From contig NC_058373.1 in NCBI RefSeq assembly GCF_018350175.1, positions 112,904,001-112,968,000 on the forward strand: 64,000 nucleotides of DNA. The letters are read 5' to 3'. Made by a program: the position numbers and the translations under genes. Source of the DNA: Felis catus. Lineage: Eukaryota. This document shows, piece after piece, positions 54,501 to 64,000 of this stretch (positions are counted from its first letter, which is position 1; each line of letters opens with the position of its first letter). A model generated the notes under the pieces. The model made no database searches. It saw nothing but the letters and a program-made list of their open reading frames with translations, and was not told where the DNA came from.

Positions 54501-55223
54501 TGGTTTTCAGGGTGATGCTGGCCTCATAAAATGAATTTGGAAGTTTTCCTTCCTTTTCTATTTTTTGGGTAAGCTTGAGAAGAATACATTTTAACTCTCC
54601 TTTAAATGTTTGGTGGAATTTGCCTGTGAAGACATTTGGCCCTGAACTTTGTTGGCACTTTTTTGATTACTGATTCAATTTCATTGCTAGTAATTGGTCT
54701 GTTCCTCTATTGCTTTAGGATTCAGTTAGGGAAGATGATATGTTTCTAGGAACTTAACCTTTTCTTCTAGATTTTCCAATTTGTTGGCATACAATTTTTC
54801 ATAATATTCTGTTATAATATTTTGTATTTCTGTGCTGTTAGTTATTCTTTCTCCTCCATCTCTGATTTTATTTGAGTCTTCTCTCTTTTTTTTTTCTTGA
54901 TGAGTCTGACTAAATTTTTATCAACTTTGTTGACCTTTCCCAAGAACCAGCTCCTGGCTTCATTGTTCTATTGATTTTTTAGTCTCTGTTTCATTTATTT
55001 CTGCTCTAATACTTATTATTTCCTTCCTTCTATTGGCTTTGGCTTTGTTTGTTGTTCTTTTTCTAGCTGTAAATGTAAGGTTAGGTTGTTTATTTGAGAT
55101 TTTTCTTGCTTCTTGAGGTAGACCTATACAATCTTCCCTCTTAGATCAGTTTTTGCAAAATTTCAAAGATTTTGGACTATTGTGTTTTCATTTTCATTTG
55201 TCCCGAAGTATCTTTTGATTTAC
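51565..55223 (-). mobile_element. Carnivore L1, about 3.2 kb of ORF2 and 3' UTR, 5'-truncated
   Basis: Degenerate RT peptide ([27 protein letters not shown] 54136..54348). TSD aaacacatttta at 51554-51565 and 55224-55235 at a canonical tttt/aa site. Confidence 0.93.
51674..52097 (+). mobile_element. Two tandem Can-SINEs (51674-51883 and 51884-52097)
   Basis: Two heads. Outer TSD aagataagtgtattctt at 51657-51673 and 52098-52114. Confidence 0.93.
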
Positions 55224-55544
55224 AAACACATTTTAAATGACAATTAAATGCAACCCATGTAGTACAATAAATGTACATAATTTAACATGAATAACCATGA
55301 TTAAATTTGCTCATGTGCAGCCAAATAACAACCACCATGCAATTCCCCCCACCACTACCAGCTGAGTGATCACAAGGAACATTCCATTTCAGAGTTAAAC
55401 TGAGGAAAAATGTTTCTTAGAATGAATGAAACTTGGGAAATATGAAACTATAAGTGAGCAAGAGGGAACCCAGGGCAGCAAATGCTGAGTAAATTATACT
55501 TTTTGACAGAGGGGCAGGTGTCAGTAGACCAATATAAGCTCTCA

Positions 55545-55740
55545 GGTGCTCACTATGTGACAGCCATGGTATTCAGTGTTTCCTATACATCACTCTATTG
55601 AGTTAAGTAGTTTTATCATCATTTTATAGATGAGAAATTTGAGCTCAGAGATGTTAAGTAACATGCCCAAGGCCACAAAAGTAGGCGACAGAGCCCGAGT
55701 ATGAACGTGGATGTGTCTGACTCCAGAATCCTTTACAGTC
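55545..55740 (-). mobile_element. MIR remnant
   Basis: cattttatagatgagaaa...gttaagtaacatgcccaaggccaca. Confidence 0.75.
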
Positions 55741-57199
55741 CCAGTTATACCAATTTCCACACTGGCCTATGGCATTGAGTTCTGTAGTTATTATGGTTGT
55801 GGTTTACCTTGTCCAGGTATTCCTAAAGGGGTTATTTAAATCAGAATTTTACAGAGAGAAAAAAGTATTGTCTGTAGTGACTGCAAGCACAATATGGAGA
55901 ACGATACACAAGTGACAAAATAGTGAGCTGGAAAGTTAGTAATATAGGCTACTCTGGCTTTTTATGGGAAGAAAATAACTCAGGTTTCTTATGACCCTCC
56001 ATTGTACAATAGTTATTTGAGTCTATATTACTTCCTTTGTCACATTATCAAATATCTTACTTGCTTTAAGAGCCCAGGATTTTACCATTTGGCAATTTCA
56101 GGTCAACCGTGAGCTATGAACTCGTGACTGTCTGGTTCCACTCACCAAAAGACCATGATTAGAATCATTGACAACAGCTCAGCTCAGATATAAACAGCAG
56201 CCCTCTGAGCACTTCACCCACCTTGCTTCGTTAGGAAAACTCTTTCTAAGGCATGGACCTTTCAGGTATGAAATAAAAGTAAGGATTTGTACTGAAATTT
56301 TCCTCCTTTGTATGCACTTTATTTTCTATTTTTGTTTCCTTCACAAAAGACTTCACCATGAAAAGGAGGAAGCCCAGACTGAAATGAGTTAAAACCTTCG
56401 TCTTGGAGAGAGGATTGTGGCTTGGCCCTGAGTTAAGGTGAGATATGTTGATGCATACTAATGAGACCATATTAAGCTCTACATCGTCACACGCTCTCCT
56501 TCCCTTTCTCTCTCCATTCTGTCTCCTTTCCTCTCCTTTCCAAGCTGTCTTTGCCTCTTTTCCTCTTCTGGAAACTCAGTGGACCAAGAATGCTACTTTT
56601 CTAGATCTCAAGAGGGAGACACATGAACTCAAGAGGGAGAACATGAAGAGAGAGTTTGAGCTGAGAAAGATAAGTGTAAGAAATCACAGCTGTTCTTGAA
56701 AATGGAGGGTGAACAACTGCTGTGATTTTGCTTGTCACCCTGACCCAAAGGGTTGCTGACCTTTGTCTTCTTTCCTCCATTATACCTTGCTTTCATCCAA
56801 AAATGCTCTTTTGTAATGATTTCTTGTCATGTTCCAGAAGATCCCCCATATATTTAGGCCCCAAAGAATCCAGTTGATGTTTTGATCACTTGCTGTGTCC
56901 TCTGTCTCTGTTAAGGCAGTTTCACTGTCTTTCAACAAAGTGATGATGGTATAAATGCCTTGTGCTGTTGGGTAAGTCATGAAGGAGAGAAAACGTAGAT
57001 GACAATGAGACTTTAGGTGCTTTTTTCCTACCATCCAATCACTATAAGGATTCTTCCACTGTTGTTGCAAAGGTCTTTTCTAAGAAACTGTGGCTAAATA
57101 AAGCCTTTTTGCACTCTAACCCTCAGAACCTGTCCATCTTCTCTAGATCTTCTTTTACACCCCCATCCTCTTCTCTATACCTTTTACTTCCTCTTTCCT

Positions 57200-57960
57200 T
57201 GTAGTATTATTTCCATTAATATCTTTAAAACATCACAAACATACAGAAATATTGCAAGTACACTACAAAGGTCTTTTTTTTCCTGAATCTTTTAAGAGTA
57301 ATTTGCCAACTTGATGCCCTATTACCTCCAAATACTTTAGTTTGTGTTTCTTACCATCAAGGGTATTCTCCTCCAGAGCCAAAATTTAACCATCAAAATC
57401 AGAACATGAATGTTGCATATTACCATCATCTAATCCTGAGACCCCATTCAAATTTTACCAGTTGTCCCAATAATAGGCTGCCTAGCCAGTTCAGAATCAC
57501 GATTGCATTTAGTTATCATGTTTCTTTAGTCTCCTTCAGTCTGAAAAAGTTTCTTAGTCTTTTCTTTGACTTTGACTTGCATTGATATTTTTTAAGATCA
57601 CAGGCCAATTATTTTGTCAAATATCCCTCTAACTGGCTCTGTCTGATATTTCCTAATGGTTGGATTTGGGTCATGCATCTTTGGGAGGAATATCACAAGG
57701 GAATGCTCTGTGCCCTCATTGCATCCTATAAGATGATACACCATTTTGATTTGTCCCGTTACTGATGTTGTTCATTCACCACTCCACTATGATGGTGTCT
57801 GCACGGCTTCTTCAATGTAAAGTTACTTTTTCCTCCTTGAAAATTAGTAAGTATGCTGGTGGAAGGTACTTTGAGCTATGTAAATTTCTGTTCCTCACCA
57901 AACTTTTAATTTATTCATTTATTTATATCAGTATAGATTCTCAAGTTTTCCTATTTTATT
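57200..57960 (-). mobile_element. L1MC4/5-like 3' end
   Basis: ttgcatttagttatcatgtttctttagtctccttcagtctg motif. Confidence 0.65.
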
Positions 57961-59628
57961 TGACCAGTTCCCCTGTATATAACAATTACCCTCCTCCTCT
58001 ACCATCCTCTCTCCTGCTCAGACACCCTCCTCACCCTGCTAGGCTCTGATTTCTTACACTGTACTCCCCTTATCCTGACAACAGAGGTGTTCTTGCCTCC
58101 TTTGGGTTCTGAGCCAAGGCTCCCCACTCCCCCAAGTACAGATTCCTGCCTCTCTTTGTCCCAGCTAATGGATTGAAGACAAAATTGTTCAGGAATAAAA
58201 GGGAATAGGAAGAAGGACGTCTTCTGTATTCTTTGGTGCTCCCTCTTTTTCCTCTTTTCCATCTGTCCTGACCTATCCTGACCCCTCTCATCCTTGCCAA
58301 CTCTTGCCAAGTCCTTGCTTTCCAAGCACTCAAGGCAAAATTGAACCATGGACAGTGGCATAAGCTCCACCAGTCAGACTATGAGGGTTTGAATCCTGGT
58401 ATAGGGACTTAGTTCCCATCCTGTCTGTTTTAGATGGTGGTGGTGGTGGTGGTTTTATCTCTTTCCCATTTTTATCCCCTTAATGCTCTTTCTTTCTTTC
58501 TCATTCTTTTTCCATTTTGGCTTCACTCTAGACTGTTTTACTTCCTTGCTTTTCCAGACTCTTTTTACTTTCCCCATGTTCATGTACAGATGTGTTGAAG
58601 GGAGGCATTGAGTTGCCACCAGCAGAAGGTCTGATGGGGAATTCCCATGCCCACACTCATATGCTTAATGGGATGTCATGTAGCAGTGGTGTCTGCATCC
58701 CATGGCCCTGGCTGGGACAGCAGCAAGACACGTTCACTACTTACCCCTTCACTTGAGCAAAAGGGAAAAAAAGAGTCTTTGAGGAAGGACTGAGGTGGAA
58801 CTATACACCTGAGGCAGAACACATAAGCAGCTTGCTGGTTAAGGAACCTTCCTCTAACTGGCAGGGAACTTGTGAAAAGGGAAGGGTGATCTTTTGAAAA
58901 TATGAACAGAATTACATTCTGAGACCATGTTCCCTTCCTGGAATTCTGTCATTTCTGGTAGATAAGAGGCAAAATCCAATGATGTATAGCCATTTTTCTT
59001 TGTTGAAGCAGTTTCTGGGGAGAGAGCCAGAACGAGAGACCAGAGGAGATAGACAACAGTCATTGTTAGAAATCCTCATCCAAGAGCTAAGGATCAGTCA
59101 AGGGTGTATGGTCAGGAAAAGACGTTCTCAGTGTAGTGTAGTTTTGATACAGTTCTCACAAAAAAGGATTTGAGAACTCTTCATGATGGCATGAGCAGTG
59201 GTACTATTAATTAGGAAGACAGAACATAATGATTTGGGGGATGTGGTGTGTGTGTTTCAAGGCCTCCTAGAGAGGTTCTTTCCCTTTCCTAACTGCCCAA
59301 ATAAATAAGTGTTGCCAGCCCCATTCCCCAGGCATTTTCTGTTACATGGATCTTTTCTAGAGTCTTGAGAGCTCTAATCATCCAGTATCCTTTTTTTTTT
59401 TTTTTTTTTAAGTTGCTTATTCTTCCTATAGAGTGTAAGCTGCATGGGGACAGGGATCTTCTCAATCATGTTCAGATGTATCACCAATGCCCAAAGCAGT
59501 GATTGGCATATCATAGATGTTGATAAAATTTGTTGAATTAATAAGTAAGTGAGGCAACTTCATCATATTAAATTTTCTCTGTATCTGTTCATTGTATTCC
59601 CATCCCCTCGACTCTCTGATGTTTGTGA

Positions 59629-59808
<180 letters not shown>

Positions 59809-60404
59809 TGAGCCCTGAATTAAGTTCCAGTAACTTCAGTAATTAATTTTCTCAAAGAAACTGAAAAGATTGGGAGGAGAATTATTTTAAATGTGATAAA
59901 GGACTGCATGAGACAGTTAAAGGGAATAGTTTTGGAACTTTAACCAACCTAAAATAATTATAATGTTAAAGGAAAATTCACCTCAATTTTTCCCAGCAAA
60001 CTCTCACCCGGGAATTCTGTTCTAACTCTACCATAATTGTCATTCTATCATGTCTTCCCAAAATGACATGAAGGAATTACAATGAATTCAAACATCCCAC
60101 CACAGGAAAGCATTCAGATGGCTCCTTTCTTAGATTTAGAAGACATTTTAAAGAATAAAATGTATGACATGACTGAGTATTAAAATGAATTTTGGTTGGG
60201 ATGAGCACTGGGTATTGTATGTAAGCGATGAACCACGAGAATCTACCCCCAAAACCAAGAGCTCACTTCCTCCTGCACCCTTTTCCAATAACCTTTTGCA
60301 AGCTCTAATGAACACTGGGAGAGGTAGTTAGCACCCTGTAGACCAGACACACCCCATATCATAACTGGGTAAGTTATTCCCTTCGACGTACACAACCTCT
60401 CAAG

Positions 60405-60885
60405 GTTAGTATGTCTTTGGCAGCAAGTTGCCACAGGTTATGCCTCAAGTTTAAACAAAAAAGAACAATGATCTCAAAGTAAAAGAGCACAGCCCCCTTG
60501 CATGGAGTCATCGAGGACCCTGGTCCTCTCCTTTTGCTCTATTACCCTCAGGTTGGCTCCCCTCAGGACATTACATGCAAACAGGATGGTGACAGCTGCC
60601 AGAAACAGACGAAATGCTCTCATCCTAGCAACTTTCTGTGAGGGCTGAGAAACTGTTCCCAGAGCCACCAGGAGGCCCCCGCTGTGTCTCATTGGCCAGG
60701 AGGGGGTCACATGCCCCTGCTGAAAGCAAGCATTGGCAAGGGGATGAAATCACCATGACCAGTTTAGGTTTATCAGTATTTAACCCCAGAGCTGGAGCAC
60801 CATCCCTGAGGGGCAAATACTGGATGAATTCTGAATGCTGTTAATCAGGCATGGCTTTGGGTAGGTCCATAGTGTGGGCTACAAC
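60405..60885 (-). mobile_element. LTR33-like ERVL LTR
   Basis: tctcattggccag...gggtcacatgccc...ggcaaggggatgaaatcaccatga motif. Confidence 0.6.
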
Positions 60886-61201
60886 CGTTTTCTGAGTATA
60901 TCTGTTTTTAAGTGATTGTTTTTTGTTTGTTTGTTTTTTGTTTTTTGTTTTTGCGAATGTACAGCTGAGAAACCAAGTGTTGCCCCTCTTTGGCTTCCTT
61001 CACATCCCTGTCTAGCCACTTTTCAGTCTTCTCATCTTCCAACTGGCAGAGATTTTTACTGGCCAAGATTCTTTGATTTGGGGATTTTTGCACATGCTAT
61101 TCCTCTGCCTGGAAAGTTCTCCTGTCCAGCCAGTTTATCTCATATTGTTCAGGTCTCAGCGAGAGGTCTCTTCCTCTGGGAGATTTCTCTGACCCTATGT
61201 C

Positions 61202-61553
61202 CAGGGTGTGCTGGAGCAGCTAAGTGTTCTGGAAGTTTGCAGGTCTACTGTTTAACACAGCCATTATTAAAAATTAGATTGTATAAACTTATATACTCAA
61301 ACCTCATCATTCCTATTATTTGACTACATTTTACTATTATTTATGCTCTTGAGGTTATGGATATAAAAATTTAGCAAAGGTCAGTGAAGACTTGTGTGAG
61401 AATCAGTTGACTATATTGAATTTAAAATGAAGAAAATTGTAAATATCATTGTTTGTAAATTGTGCTACTCATCTTTTATAGCAGTAAAATATGTAATTAT
61501 CATATGCATATCTTCCAAGAGATAGTTGTTACACATTTACCAGCACACCACTG
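61202..61553 (+). mobile_element. MER63-like hAT-Blackjack element
   Basis: TIRs cag-ggtgtgctgg / ccagcacaccactg. 8-bp TSD cctat[g/a]tc. Confidence 0.8.
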
Positions 61554-61732
61554 CCTATATCTCCTCTTAAATCAAGTCTCCTGTTATATGCTTCACAGCA
61601 CAGCACCCTGACCTTGTACTTGGGAATACTTCTTGCAATAATGATTAGTGACATGTTTGCTTAATGTTCACCTTCCCTGACAGAACCCCCATGACCCAGG
61701 GACTATGTCCGTCCATTCACTGTGATATTTCT

Positions 61733-61954
61733 TTTATTTTGAAAAAATGTTTTAATGTTTATTCATTTTTGAGAGACAGAGAGATAGAACATGAGCAGGG
61801 AAGGGGCAGAGAGAGAGGGAGACACAGAGTCTGAAGCAGGTTCCAAGCTCTGAACTGTCAGCAGAGCCTGATGTGGGGCTCGAACTCATGAACCACAAGA
61901 TCATGACCTGAGCTGAAGTTGGACGCTCAACCAACTGAGCTACCTAGGCATCCC
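61733..61954 (-). mobile_element. Can-SINE (antisense)
   Basis: TSD cactgtgatatttct. Confidence 0.93.
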
Positions 61955-62107
61955 ACACTGTGATATTTCTAAGAATTCACATCAACAAGTGATTGAACAA
62001 ATGCATCATGGTTCATTTCTCCATTATTTTCTGCACTGCTCAGGTAAGGCAGGTTGTTGGGGCCATATACTTTATCACAAAACTCCTCTTCCTGTTCTCT
62101 ACCTTAG

Positions 62108-62308
<201 letters not shown>

Positions 62309-62615
62309 TGAGTTACAAAGGGAAGAGGTTAAGGATCTCTCAGAAAACATGCTTTACCCCTGAGAAACTGAAAATAGAAACACCAATGATATTTGCTCCA
62401 AGGGAGCATCTCACTTGCACTGTGTGACAAATGATAGAGTCGTGTCCTCAAAGTCTGGGAAAATAGCTTATGACAAGCTGGCAGTCAAACAGGTAGTTAA
62501 TTTTTAAAAACTAAACCTAAGTAACAGGAACTGAAGATTCATAATAAACTGCCTCTCTAAGGCATGTCCTTCTTTCCCCAGCATCTCAGCCTCCATCAGA
62601 ATTAGCTCTGGTCTT

Positions 62616-62805
62616 GGGGCACCTGTGTGGCTCAGTCTGTTGAGCGTCCAACTTCGGCTCAGGTCATGAGCTTGCAGATCGTGACTTCCAGGTCCTCATC
62701 GGCCTTGCTGCTGTCAGTGCAGAACTTCGGATCCTCTGTCCCACTCTCTCTGCCCCTCCCCAACTTGCACTCTCCCAAAAATAAATAATTAAAAAAAAAA
62801 AAAAA
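62616..62805 (+). mobile_element. Can-SINE
   Basis: TSD attagctct[g/a]gtctt. Confidence 0.92.
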
Positions 62806-63025
62806 GGATTAGCTCTAGTCTTGTCTCAAGCCTCTAACTTGCTGTATGACCTAGAGCAATCACTCAACTTCTCTCTCAGCTTTCCAGGATTAACTAAGTA
62901 GGACAACTTCTCAAGATAAATAGTTGATACTCTGATTTTTTAAGCTCATCAGAGTCTTAGGAGTATGCTTTGAGCGAGATGGCCCTCAGGAGCCTGGTTA
63001 CATGTACTAAAAATCAAAGTTTTGA

Positions 63026-63844
<819 letters not shown>

Positions 63845-64000
63845 TGACATTGATTATCAAAATGCTGTGAAAGGTGCTCTGAGTAATTTTAATGAGATAG
63901 TATCCCTGAGCCCCAGTATAAAGGAGTTGTAAGACATGTCCTGAAAGAGGCGTGACCATGCTTACCATCAGATTTAACCCAGTATCAGAAAGCTGTGGTG

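Larger units (their letters stand above)
51276..55437. mobile_element. Old Tigger-type DNA transposon relic split by an L1 (pieces about 51276-51560 and 55224-55437)
   Basis: Degenerate terminal inverted repeats tttcatcagatctaaga ... tcttagaatgaatgaaa. Confidence 0.55.

Noticed and set aside
56607..56647. 21-bp tandem duplication ctcaagagggaga(c)acatgaa, and a 15-bp repeat ttgaagtgtcagaag at 8389 and 8410
   Set aside because: Two-copy slippage duplications with no further structure.

Overview
Eukaryotic (mammalian) genomic DNA, almost certainly from a felid: it is dense in tRNA-derived Can-SINEs and feline-type L1. The + strand carries the last six coding exons and 3' UTR of gephyrin (GPHN, C-terminal MoeA-like E domain; exons 4799-4886, 17775-17848, 22324-22388, 26204-26307, 37351-37447, 38548-38681, all GT-AG and phase-compatible). 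These are followed in tandem by the first three coding exons of GARIN2/FAM71D (59638-59796, 62108-62307, 63232-63766), which continues past the window. The rest is intron and intergenic DNA with about 20 Can-SINEs, young and old L1s, MIR/L2, LTRs and DNA-transposon relics. I find no convincing previously undescribed biological system. The most notable items are a very young L1 with an open ORF2 and a short 3' transduction, a 5'-inverted L1 missing about 2 kb, an RFX X-box inside an old LTR upstream of a candidate GARIN2 promoter, two hairpins, an old local duplication and a four-layer nested insertion. Repeat subfamily names come from recognition, not from a database search.
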